DNA of 64,000 nucleotides from Candidatus Latescibacterota bacterium. Its GTDB lineage: Bacteria > Latescibacterota > CBDEFO01. How positions within the stretch are numbered: position 1 is the stretch's first letter; each line of letters starts with the position of its first letter. Below, piece after piece: positions 31,879-41,413 of the stretch. The translations under genes were made by a program, and so were the position numbers. The notes beneath the pieces were generated by a model. That model was not told the origin of the DNA and did not search any database. It saw nothing but the letters and a program-made list of their open reading frames with translations. The stretch lies in assembly GCA_965237525.1 (NCBI GenBank), contig CBDEFO010000007.1, positions 32,001 to 96,000 on the forward strand, in the 5' to 3' direction.

Positions 31879-33375
31879 TTGAACGAAGAGAGGCACCTGA
31901 TAAAACAGAGGCTCGAAAAGTTATTGAAGATTAAGGAGAAAGGAGTAAATCCTTATCCGTACAGATTTGAAGTAACACACTTATCCTCTGAAGTTATTAG
32001 GAACTCAGAAAATCTGGAGACGTCAAAATCAGCAGTGGCAGTAGCAGGAAGGTTGATGTCTATCAGAAGCCATGGCAAGACCGGGTTTGGACACATTCAG
32101 GACGAAGACGGAAAGATTCAGATATACTTCCGCAAGGACACCCTGGGCGACGATCAGTTCGGTCTGTATGAGCTCTTTGACATAGGCGATATTGTAGGCA
32201 TAAGAGGAAAGGTCTTTAAAACCCGCACGGGAGAGATAACCTTATCGGCTCAGGAAGTGGAGCTTCTCTGCAAATCCATCCGCCCTCTGCCCATTCCCAA
32301 GGATAAGATCCAAGATGGAAGGAGAATAGTCTATGACGAATTCTCCGACAAGGAGCAAAGATACCGTCAACGCTACCTGGATGTGATACTAAACCCCGAC
32401 GTTCGGGAGGTCTTCTTAAAGCGGGATCGGATCATCTGGGAGTTGGAAAAGTATCTCCGCGAAAAGGGGTTTGTAAGGATGGAAACACCGATACTTCAGC
32501 CGCTCTACGGCGGAGCATCGGCAAGACCCTTTACCACCTATCACAACGCCCTTGGTCTTACGCTCTACCTTCGAATCTCCGACGAACTCTATCTCAAACG
32601 TCTCATTGTGGGGGGCTACGGTAAGGTCTACGAGTTTTGCCAGGATTTCCGAAACGAGGGGATGGATCGGGAGCATAATCCAGAATTCACACTTTTGGAA
32701 CTATATCTGGCTTACGCGGACTACAACGATATCATGGAGATAGCTGAGGAGATGATCTCTCAGACTGCGGAGGAGGTAGTTGGCTCCATGCAGGTCGAAT
32801 ACCAGGGCCAAAAGATAGATTTTTCGCCTCCCTGGAATAGAGTCAAGATGTCTGACGCGATTAGGGAGCATACGGGACTCGATCTATTTGGCTCTTCAGA
32901 GGGGGACTTGAAGAGTATTTGTAAGGACCTGAATGTGGAGGTAGATTCGAGCATAGGAGTCGGTAAGATGATAGATAAGATCTTCGACCAGTACGTCAAA
33001 GATCACCTCGTACAGCCCACGTTTATAACGGACTATCCCCTGGAGACGGCGCCCCTTGCCAAAAGGCACAGAGATGACCCCCTCTTAGCAGAGCGCTTCG
33101 AGCCTTTTGTCTGTGGAATGGAGATAGGAAACGCCTTTTCGGAACTGAATGACCCGATAGACCAAAAAAAGAGGTTCGAAGAGCAGATGAGGCTGAAAGA
33201 GCAGGGCGATGAGGAGGCTCAAGTCCTGGACGAGGACTATATAAAGGCGATGGAGTACGGGATGCCTCCCACTGGAGGATTGGGAATAAGCATAGATAGA
33301 TTGGTGATGTTGCTCACAGACTCTCCATCTATAAGAGACGTTATCTTATTTCCTCAGATGAGGCCCGAAGGGTAA
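31879..33375 (+). CDS. lysS: Lysine--tRNA ligase (class II)
   Basis: YRQRYLD, GGASARPF, FRNEG..HNPEFT, GMPPTGGLG. Confidence 0.97.
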   Translation: MNEERHLIKQRLEKLLKIKEKGVNPYPYRFEVTHLSSEVIRNSENLETSKSAVAVAGRLMSIRSHGKTGFGHIQDEDGKIQIYFRKDTLGDDQFGLYELFDIGDIVGIRGKVFKTRTGEITLSAQEVELLCKSIRPLPIPKDKIQDGRRIVYDEFSDKEQRYRQRYLDVILNPDVREVFLKRDRIIWELEKYLREKGFVRMETPILQPLYGGASARPFTTYHNALGLTLYLRISDELYLKRLIVGGYGKVYEFCQDFRNEGMDREHNPEFTLLELYLAYADYNDIMEIAEEMISQTAEEVVGSMQVEYQGQKIDFSPPWNRVKMSDAIREHTGLDLFGSSEGDLKSICKDLNVEVDSSIGVGKMIDKIFDQYVKDHLVQPTFITDYPLETAPLAKRHRDDPLLAERFEPFVCGMEIGNAFSELNDPIDQKKRFEEQMRLKEQGDEEAQVLDEDYIKAMEYGMPPTGGLGISIDRLVMLLTDSPSIRDVILFPQMRPEG

Positions 33376-33391
33376 ACAAGTAGACAGTAGC

Positions 33392-34695
33392 GGTTGAATA
33401 TCAAATGAAATCGGTGCACCTAATTTGATCTTTGTTTAGAGTATTAGTAGATTAAGTTGAGTTGATTGTCTTAACTTTAATCTACGGAGTCCTATGGACA
33501 AAGAGAGATTGGCCGTATTAAGACAAGAAGTCAACGAGATGTATTTTAAGAAAGAAATGTCAAAGCGAGAAGTTATCAAACAAGCGAGAGTTTCCAATGA
33601 TTTCGTTACGGCTTGGACTAAATCTCTGGATCAGGATTTTGCCATGGATAATCGGGGTTGGCCAAAAGGAAAAAGGCGAAAATTGGCTAAAGTTGACGAA
33701 CAGAGAATCAAAGAGATTTACCATAGCTTAGAGGACGATCCTTATCAGTTCTATTCAGGAGCCACTGTTATTGAACAAGAATGGAGGAATCGATATTCTA
33801 GCACCCCTCCTCCGTCGTTGCCGACTATCGGCAGAATGCTTTCAGATTTAGGACTTTCCCAGAGAAGGAAGAAAGGTAAAAACAAGGGTGCATCTCGTTA
33901 TCTTTGTTATCCAGAGTATACCATTTACTATCTTTTAGGAGGCAGAGTCCTAGAATCAGACTTTATTGGTAAAAAGTATCTTACCGGCAGAACTGAGCCG
34001 GTCAACTTCGTTGGATTTTCCTTTTTAAGAAAGAGCCTAAGTTAAGGTATTTTCGGCGGGTTGACGGTCAAACAGCAACTAACTTTATCGAGAAGTGTCA
34101 GTCTTTCTTTGACAGGTTTGAAAAACCAGATTTCGTTAAGGTGGACAATTGCTCGGCGACTATTGGCAGTGTTTCAGGTAAAAGGAATGTCAGCAAAGCA
34201 ATGCAGTTTCTCTTGAAAAATCAAGTGATTCCGATATTTGCCGTTCCCAGAAGGCCCTTTTCTCAAGCATCTATAGAAGGCAACAATTCTGTATTTTCAA
34301 GGAAGTTCTGGAACAGAATTCAGTTCAAAAGCTTACAAGAAGTTGATCAGAAGTTAGAATGGTTTAATCTTTCATCACAGAGATACACCGGCTACCGTCC
34401 ACCTAAGCAAGAGAAGTCAAACGAGAAAGATTTCATTCCCAAGACCTATTTTATCAGACAAGTCAAACAGGACACAGAACAGACAGATAAAGCCTTTATC
34501 GATGTCCTAAATGAGAAAGTATCTCTTCCCTCCTCTTACACCAACTACTTTGTCCTGGCTGAATGGAACCTAAAAGAAGAACAATTATACATCCATTTTG
34601 AAAAAGAACAGAAACCAAAGATTGTCGAAAACCTATCATTCAAGATCAATCAAAGATCGAAAGAGAAGTGCACCGATTTCATTTGATAAATAACC
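33392..34695 (+). mobile_element. IS-B copy 2 (IS481-like); transposase 33494-34686 frameshifted
   Basis: 28-bp IRs; two extra T at 34022-34026 relative to copy 1. Confidence 0.9.
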
Positions 34696-34769
34696 AGTAG
34701 TCAGTAAACAGGGAAAGGCAAAGACAGTAGGGGTGAGGTTACCTCGCCCAGTAGACAAGAGCACCTCAT

Positions 34770-35159
34770 ATGGACGCCGCGGACAAAATATTAAACGATG
34801 CCTGGCAAGAGGCCAGAAAAGGAATTTGAGGAAAGCAAGAGAGCCGATAATTATATTCTGATGCGAGATGCCTGTGAGAAGGCGTGGGGGGCGATTGTTC
34901 AAGCGAGTAAACACCCTCTTTCAAAAGATGGACGTTACGCCCCTTCCCAAGAGCCACAGGGATAGAAGAATAAGGATACGGGAGTTAGAAAAGGAAAAAC
35001 GAACTTATCAAGGAAAAGGCGCTCTTTGACAGATTTATGGCAAGAGACTACTTCTTGTATCAGAAAGCCTTCTAGGATGAGGATCTTGTCCCTTAGGAGA
35101 TCGAAAACGAGTTTTCAAGGGTCGAGGGGTTTATAAGGGATGTTGAGGAGATGGAATAA
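34770..35159 (+). pseudogene. PaREP1/HEPN-like gene remnant
   Basis: RDACEKAWGAIVQA, PKSHRDRR; several frameshifts and TAG stops. Confidence 0.55.
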
Positions 35160-35234
35160 CGCCTTTTTAAACCCTTGAACGAATATGAGTATCGGGTTGA
35201 AATAGTAGATGGCATACAGGGATGGGAGGCGGTG

Positions 35235-35272
35235 CCCTGTCTACTGTCTACTGTCTACTGTCTACTTACTTA
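35235..35272 (-). repeat. Heptamer array (GTCTACT)4 immediately before the lolC/E start
   Basis: CCCTGTCTACTGTCTACTGTCTACTGTCTACTTACTTA then G ATG. Confidence 0.9.
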
Positions 35273-35273
35273 G

Positions 35274-36515
35274 ATGTCCTATGAATTCTTCATAGCCAAA
35301 AGATACCTCAAGTCCAAACGCAAGACGGGTTTTATATCGGCTGTAGCATACATATCTGTGGGTGGCGTGGCAGTGGGCGTGGCCGCTCTGATCATAACCT
35401 TATCCATAATGAACGGATTTTCTTCGGAGATCAGAAATAGGTTTATAGGCTGGGACGCCCATTTGAGGGTTGTAGCATACTATGCGGGGGCGATCGAAGA
35501 TTATGAAGGGATAGAAAAGGAGATCGAAAAGACAGATGATGTTATGGGAGTCTCCCCGTACGTCTATGGGAAGGCAGTAATCCTAAGAAAGGGGAAACCC
35601 CATATCTCCGACGGAGTACACGTAAAGGGTGTGGCCGAAGAAGGCATAAAAAGGACATCGAATATAGAGCAAAATATAATTGATGGAGATCTTGATCTCG
35701 GCAAGTTAGACAAGTCCAATATATATGGCATCACAATAGGATATGCGCTTGCAAATAGGCTAAAGGTGGTAATTGAGGATACTGTCTTCATCTTCAACCC
35801 TCAGGGTCTGGGAGCGGGTGCTTCGTTTGGAACACCTAAGTATTATGCATTTAGAATAAGCGGGCTCTTTGAAACCGGAATTTACGATTTAGACTCATCC
35901 TGGGTTATCATTTCCATAGAATCGGCTCAACGGATATTTGAACTTAAAGATGGCGTAACGGGTGTTGAGGTCAAGCTGGATGATATGGACCTGACCGACG
36001 ATGTGGCGAACAAGATAAGAGAAAAGCTGAGCTATCCCTACAACGTCATAACCTGGAATCAACTCAACAGGACACTATACAATTGGATGGAGATAGAAAA
36101 GAGGGCGTCATTTGTAGTCTTGAGCCTTATAATCGTAGTGGCGGCCTTCAGTATAACGAGCACTCTGGTTATGATTGTCCTTGAAAAGACGAAGGAGATT
36201 GGAATTTTGAAATCTATGGGAGCTACGTCCCGAAGCATAAAGAAGATATTTGTGTTTAACGGATTGTCCGTCGGAACACTGGGAATTTTTATAGGCAATA
36301 TAATAGGATATACCCTCTGTTGGGCTCAGGAAAAGTTTAAGATTGTGTCGCTCCCTGCCGATATTTATATTATAAGCGCTGTTCCGGTCGATGTGCGATT
36401 GATGGATTTCGTCTTAATATCCACAGCGGCTTTGTTCATCTGCCTTATGGCCTCTGTCTACCCGGCGTTTAAGGCATCGTCTCTGGACCCTGTAGAGGCT
36501 ATAAGATACGAGTGA
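35274..36515 (+). CDS. Lipoprotein-releasing ABC permease LolC/E
   Basis: FIAKRYL, SIMNGF, EIGILKSMGA, DPVEAIRYE. Confidence 0.93.
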   Translation: MSYEFFIAKRYLKSKRKTGFISAVAYISVGGVAVGVAALIITLSIMNGFSSEIRNRFIGWDAHLRVVAYYAGAIEDYEGIEKEIEKTDDVMGVSPYVYGKAVILRKGKPHISDGVHVKGVAEEGIKRTSNIEQNIIDGDLDLGKLDKSNIYGITIGYALANRLKVVIEDTVFIFNPQGLGAGASFGTPKYYAFRISGLFETGIYDLDSSWVIISIESAQRIFELKDGVTGVEVKLDDMDLTDDVANKIREKLSYPYNVITWNQLNRTLYNWMEIEKRASFVVLSLIIVVAAFSITSTLVMIVLEKTKEIGILKSMGATSRSIKKIFVFNGLSVGTLGIFIGNIIGYTLCWAQEKFKIVSLPADIYIISAVPVDVRLMDFVLISTAALFICLMASVYPAFKASSLDPVEAIRYE

Positions 36516-36546
36516 TAAATAAAGATCGTTAGCCAGAGCGCGCTAA

Positions 36547-37251
36547 ATGGGGGACATAATACTAAAAGCTTTCGACCTTAAAAAGACCTATTGGACAGGT
36601 AACAGCACTTTAGAGGTCCTCAAGGGGATAAGCATAGAGATTAGAAAAGGAGAAGTCCTAGCGGTAACGGGACCTTCAGGCGTCGGTAAGAGTACTTTGC
36701 TCCATATATTGGGAGCTTTGGACAGACCTACAAGTGGAAGCGTCGAGATAGATGCCCAAGATGTATTCTCGCTTTCGGACGATCAGCTTGCAGACTTTAG
36801 AAACAAGAGTTCGGGATTTGTCTTTCAGTTTCATCATCTCTTGCCAGAGTTTACAGCACTGGAAAACGTGATGATGCCGCTTTTAATCTGTGGTGCAAGC
36901 TTCGATAGCGCCCAGAAGACCGCAGGAGAACTTTTGAAAAGAGTAGGACTTGAAAACAGGCTAACGCACAAACCGTCTGAACTTTCGGGCGGAGAGCTTC
37001 AGAGGACGGCAGTAGCCCGAGCTCTTGTGAATAGACCCTTGGTGGTATTTGCCGATGAGCCTTCGGGAAATCTGGATCAGGAAAACAGCCAGGCGCTTCA
37101 CGATCTGATGTGGGAACTATCAAAATCGCTTAATCAATCTTTTGTGATCGTAACTCACGATCTGGAATTAGCCGATAGGGCCGATAGGAAGATAAGCTTG
37201 GCAGATGGAAGAATCACTTGTGAAACTCATGGGATATTAGATGAAATGTGA
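36547..37251 (+). CDS. lolD: Lipoprotein-releasing ABC ATPase
   Basis: GPSGVGKST, GFVFQFHHLL, LSGGE, ADEPSGNLD. Confidence 0.92.
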   Translation: MGDIILKAFDLKKTYWTGNSTLEVLKGISIEIRKGEVLAVTGPSGVGKSTLLHILGALDRPTSGSVEIDAQDVFSLSDDQLADFRNKSSGFVFQFHHLLPEFTALENVMMPLLICGASFDSAQKTAGELLKRVGLENRLTHKPSELSGGELQRTAVARALVNRPLVVFADEPSGNLDQENSQALHDLMWELSKSLNQSFVIVTHDLELADRADRKISLADGRITCETHGILDEM

Positions 37252-37780
37252 AAGCTGCGGTCAGAACGAAGCTACAGTTCTATACCAAGAGGTGAGCATG
37301 GAGGAGCTGCGGCAGAAAGCTCTCTCCCATATCTGCTCTGAGTGTGCACAGAAATATGGGTTGTCCGTTCTAAAAAAGGAATCCAGCAAGCTCTCGGCAG
37401 AAGAGATCCTTTCAGGACTTATTCAAAGGCAAAAAGAGGATAAGGACAAAGACCTTAAGTGTCCTGAGTGCGATTTTACATACGGAGAGTTCAAAAAGTC
37501 TGGGCGCGTCGGATGTGGGAACTGTTACTCTGCCTTTTCATCCCAGTTGGAAAAGTTGATAGATAACATCCAAAGGGCAGTAAAGCACAAAGGAAAGATC
37601 CCTCAAAAGCCGAAAGAGAGCAGTGGACTCTCCTCCAGATCAGATGAACTTTTATACTCACAGATAGAACAGCACATCTTAAGACTGCAGGACCAGCTCA
37701 AAGAAGCTGTCGAAACACAAGAGTTCGAAAAAGCCGCCCTCTTAAGGGATACGATAGCTGAATTGAAAAAAGAAAAATGA
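37241..37780 (+). CDS. mcsA: McsB activator (CxxC motifs plus UVR domain)
   Basis: Four CxxC, GRVGC..CY..F, HKGKIP, EFEKAALLRD. Confidence 0.9.
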   Translation: MKCESCGQNEATVLYQEVSMEELRQKALSHICSECAQKYGLSVLKKESSKLSAEEILSGLIQRQKEDKDKDLKCPECDFTYGEFKKSGRVGCGNCYSAFSSQLEKLIDNIQRAVKHKGKIPQKPKESSGLSSRSDELLYSQIEQHILRLQDQLKEAVETQEFEKAALLRDTIAELKKEK

Positions 37781-38856
37781 CACTCCAAGATCTAGTGAAA
37801 AATATGGCTCGCTGGCTCGACTGTTCGGGAGAGAAATCCGATATAGTCGTCTCCAGCAGAGTGAGGCTTGCCCGCAATATCAGATCAATTCCTTTTGCCC
37901 ATCGCGCTACAGATTCCCAACAGCGCTTGGTAATAGACAAAGTACTTGACGCCAACGCTAAGACAGACTGTCTTGCCGATGCCTCGTTCTACAACACGGG
38001 TGAACTTTCGGACCTGGACAGGCAGATTCTGGTCGAGCGGCACCTCATAAGTCCCGCCTTGGCTGAGCAGAGGGGACAGTGGGGTGTTCTGGTCGGGGTG
38101 GATGAGTCCCTAAGCGTTATGATAAACGAGGAGGACCACCTCAGAATCCAGGTTATCGTATCGGGATTCCAACCCCAGAGGGCATGGGAACTTTGTGACA
38201 GGGCCGACGCGGAACTCTCCCAATCTCTGGACTATTCGTTCTCAAGAAAATTGGGGTACCACACAGCATGCCCGACGAACCTGGGAACGGGACTCAGGGC
38301 ATCCATGCTCATACACCTCCCCGGACTCGTCCTGACGCAGGATATGGATAAAGTTGTAAGAGGAATCACACAGTTGGGATTTACGGCCAGGGGCTTCTAC
38401 GGGGAAGGTACAGAGGTTATGGGAAATCTGGTCCAGATGTCAAATCAAGTTACATTAGGGATCTCAGAAAAGGAGATATTAGATGATCTGGAGACAGTCT
38501 GCAGTCAGGTCGTTGAGTACGAGCATCTCTCAAGAGAGGCATTGCTTAAAGAAGCCAAACATCAAATAGAGGACAAAATCTGGAGGGCTTATACTATACT
38601 GCAAAACGCCAGGGTGCTGACAACGCAAGAGTTTATGAACATGGCATCGGCCGTGAGGTTGGGATGCAGCATGGGCATCCTATCCAAGCGTAACAGTAGA
38701 TTCATTGTTCGGCTATTAAACGAGCTGATGGTGACAACACAGCCCTCACATCTTCATAAGGCAACAGGAAAGTGTATGGAGCCTTCAGAAAGGGATATTT
38801 TAAGAGCCAAAATAGTCCGCGAAAGACTGGTAAGGGGACGCAATAAATCCTCATGA
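37777..38856 (+). CDS. mcsB: Protein arginine kinase
   Basis: SSRVRLARN, ERHLIS, NEEDHLR, CPTNLGTGLRAS. Confidence 0.95.
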   Translation: MTLQDLVKNMARWLDCSGEKSDIVVSSRVRLARNIRSIPFAHRATDSQQRLVIDKVLDANAKTDCLADASFYNTGELSDLDRQILVERHLISPALAEQRGQWGVLVGVDESLSVMINEEDHLRIQVIVSGFQPQRAWELCDRADAELSQSLDYSFSRKLGYHTACPTNLGTGLRASMLIHLPGLVLTQDMDKVVRGITQLGFTARGFYGEGTEVMGNLVQMSNQVTLGISEKEILDDLETVCSQVVEYEHLSREALLKEAKHQIEDKIWRAYTILQNARVLTTQEFMNMASAVRLGCSMGILSKRNSRFIVRLLNELMVTTQPSHLHKATGKCMEPSERDILRAKIVRERLVRGRNKSS

Positions 38857-38913
38857 TTAAAAAAGAAATACAATAAAATCGCAATCGATGTAATTTCTTC
38901 CGGGAGCGTCCAG

Positions 38914-41391
38914 ATGAATTACAGGGAAATCTTTTCAGATAGAGCAATAAAGGTAATGCAATACGCGCGGTCGGAGTCCGCTCGATTAGGGCATCACTAC
39001 GTCGGCACAGAACATATCCTTTTGGGCATGATCAAGGAGGGCAAAGGTAAGGGGGTTACTGCCCTTATCAATTTAGGGGTCGATCTGGAAAAGGCAAAGC
39101 AGGCCATAGAGGAATATGCACCTCCGTCTGGGGGACAGGCCGTAGTGGGTCAAGAGATACCGTTCACGCCGCGCGCCATAGCCAGTTACGAGGCGGCCTC
39201 CAATGAAGCCAAGGAGATGAAGGTCTCAAAAGCGGGTACGGAACATCTGCTCTTAGGACTCATAGGCGACAAAAGTAGTATAGGGTCTCAGATCCTCCAG
39301 AGCCACGGTGTGGACTACAAAACGGCTAAAGAGGAAGTCATCGCTGTAGTCTCCGGAAAATCCTCCGGCAGGAAAGAGAGGAAAAAGAGCAAGACTCCGT
39401 TTCTGGACCACTTCGGCAGGGACCTGACTCAGCTTGCCAAAGAGGGAAAACTAGATCCCATAATCGGGAGAGAAAATGAGATCCAACGTCTGTCCCAGGT
39501 CCTAAGCAGAAGGAAGAAGAATAACCCCGCTCTGATAGGAGAGCCTGGAGTCGGCAAGACTGCTATCGTTGAGGGTCTGGCACAGAAGATAGTGTCCAAA
39601 ATGGTTCCCCAGATCCTTGTAGATAAAAGGGTCGTAACCATGGATATGGGAAGTCTGGTTGCCGGAACCAAATACAGAGGGATGTTCGAGGAACGAATGA
39701 AGGCGATCATGAACGAGATCCAGCAGAGCGACGAAGTGATTATCTTCATAGATGAGCTCCATACCATAGTCGGAGCAGGCAGCGCTGAGGGCACACTGGA
39801 TGCCTCGAATATGTTCAAGCCTGCACTTTCCAGGGGCGAAATACAGTGCATAGGTGCTACGACGCTCGACGAATATAGAAAATATATAGAGAAGGATGGA
39901 GCCTTAGAACGACGTTTCCAGACGATTATGGTCGATCCGCCCTCTGTGGAGGACACAGTCGAGATCATTAAAGGATTAAAGGAGTCCTACGAGTCTCATC
40001 ACAAGGTCAAGTACAGCGACAAGGCAGTAAGCGCAGCGGCAGTTCTATCCGACAGATACATAAGCGGCCGCTACCTTCCCGATAAAGCGATAGATGTCAT
40101 AGACGAAGCCGGATCCCGAGCCCATTTAGCCAAAATGAATCCTCCTCAACATATAAGAGACCTGGAACTGAAGATCGAAGAGATAAGAAAAAAGAAGGAC
40201 GACGTGGTGCAAGCACAGGACTATGAGCAGGCGGCAAACCTGAGAGACGAACAGATGACTCTGGAGGATAGACTCGAAAGAGAAAGGGAAGAATGGGAGG
40301 AAAGAATAAAAGATGAGATAACAACGGTCACAGAGGACGATATGGCCGATGTCATCTCACACATGACAGGGATACCGATCTTCCGTCTGGCCAAATCTGA
40401 ATCTGCGAAGCTCATAGGAATGGAGGAAGAGCTCAAAAAGGAAGTCGTGGGCCAGGATGAAGCTGTTACCGCTATATCTAAGGCTGTAAGGAGAACAAGA
40501 TCAGGGCTGAAAGACCCGAACAGACCGATAGGTTCATTTGTGTTCCTCGGGCCTACTGGATGCGGCAAGACACATCTTGCCAAAACCCTAGCCAAGTATC
40601 TCTTCGAGGACGAAGATACCCTGATAAGAGTCGATATGTCCGAGTTTATGGAGAAGTTTTCCGTCTCCAGGCTCGTCGGCGCCCCTCCCGGATACGTGGG
40701 CTACGATGAGGGTGGACAGCTTACCGAAAAGGTGAGGCGCAAGCCCTACTCCGTCGTCCTTTTGGACGAGATAGAAAAGGCCCATCCCGATGTCTTCAAC
40801 ATCCTACTGCAGGTCCTTGACGAAGGACACCTGACCGACAACTTCGGAAGGAAAGTAGATTTCAAAAACACGATTTTGATCTTAACGTCCAACCTCGGCA
40901 CCAGAGGGATAGGCAAAGGGACGACTATTGGATTCCAGAAGGCAGGATCCAAATCAGCCAGAGAGCAGTTGGAAGACACGGTCAAAGAGGAAGTCAAAAA
41001 GACCTTCAACCCTGAGTTTTTGAACCGACTGGATGAGACTATAATCTTTCAGTCGCTCGGAAAGAAAGAGATCCTCCAGATCATTGACATTATGATGAAA
41101 GAGATCATCGAGAGGACATCGGAGAAAGAGATTTCAGTGGTCCTGACCCAGGGGGCTAAGAAGCTGTTAGCTAAGAAGGGATTTGATCCCACCTTCGGAG
41201 CGCGCCATTTAAAAAGAACGATCCAAAAGATGGTCGAAGATCCCCTGGCAGAGGAAATGCTTCTGGGAAAGTTCAGCCCAGGAAGCAGGGTCAAGATCTC
41301 CAAGAAAGGGGACGAACTAGTCTTTTCTGAGGTTCAGAAGGATAACCTGGACGAGGAAGTAGAGGACAAAGAAACTGTGGAGAGCAACTGA
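38914..41391 (+). CDS. clpC: ATP-dependent Clp protease ATPase subunit
   Basis: Clp_N repeats, two Walker A motifs (GEPGVGKT, GPTGCGKT), UVR middle domain, IGF loop. Confidence 0.96.
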   Translation: MNYREIFSDRAIKVMQYARSESARLGHHYVGTEHILLGMIKEGKGKGVTALINLGVDLEKAKQAIEEYAPPSGGQAVVGQEIPFTPRAIASYEAASNEAKEMKVSKAGTEHLLLGLIGDKSSIGSQILQSHGVDYKTAKEEVIAVVSGKSSGRKERKKSKTPFLDHFGRDLTQLAKEGKLDPIIGRENEIQRLSQVLSRRKKNNPALIGEPGVGKTAIVEGLAQKIVSKMVPQILVDKRVVTMDMGSLVAGTKYRGMFEERMKAIMNEIQQSDEVIIFIDELHTIVGAGSAEGTLDASNMFKPALSRGEIQCIGATTLDEYRKYIEKDGALERRFQTIMVDPPSVEDTVEIIKGLKESYESHHKVKYSDKAVSAAAVLSDRYISGRYLPDKAIDVIDEAGSRAHLAKMNPPQHIRDLELKIEEIRKKKDDVVQAQDYEQAANLRDEQMTLEDRLEREREEWEERIKDEITTVTEDDMADVISHMTGIPIFRLAKSESAKLIGMEEELKKEVVGQDEAVTAISKAVRRTRSGLKDPNRPIGSFVFLGPTGCGKTHLAKTLAKYLFEDEDTLIRVDMSEFMEKFSVSRLVGAPPGYVGYDEGGQLTEKVRRKPYSVVLLDEIEKAHPDVFNILLQVLDEGHLTDNFGRKVDFKNTILILTSNLGTRGIGKGTTIGFQKAGSKSAREQLEDTVKEEVKKTFNPEFLNRLDETIIFQSLGKKEILQIIDIMMKEIIERTSEKEISVVLTQGAKKLLAKKGFDPTFGARHLKRTIQKMVEDPLAEEMLLGKFSPGSRVKISKKGDELVFSEVQKDNLDEEVEDKETVESN

Positions 41392-41413
41392 CGGAGGCTC
41401 TGAAAGGGTTCAG

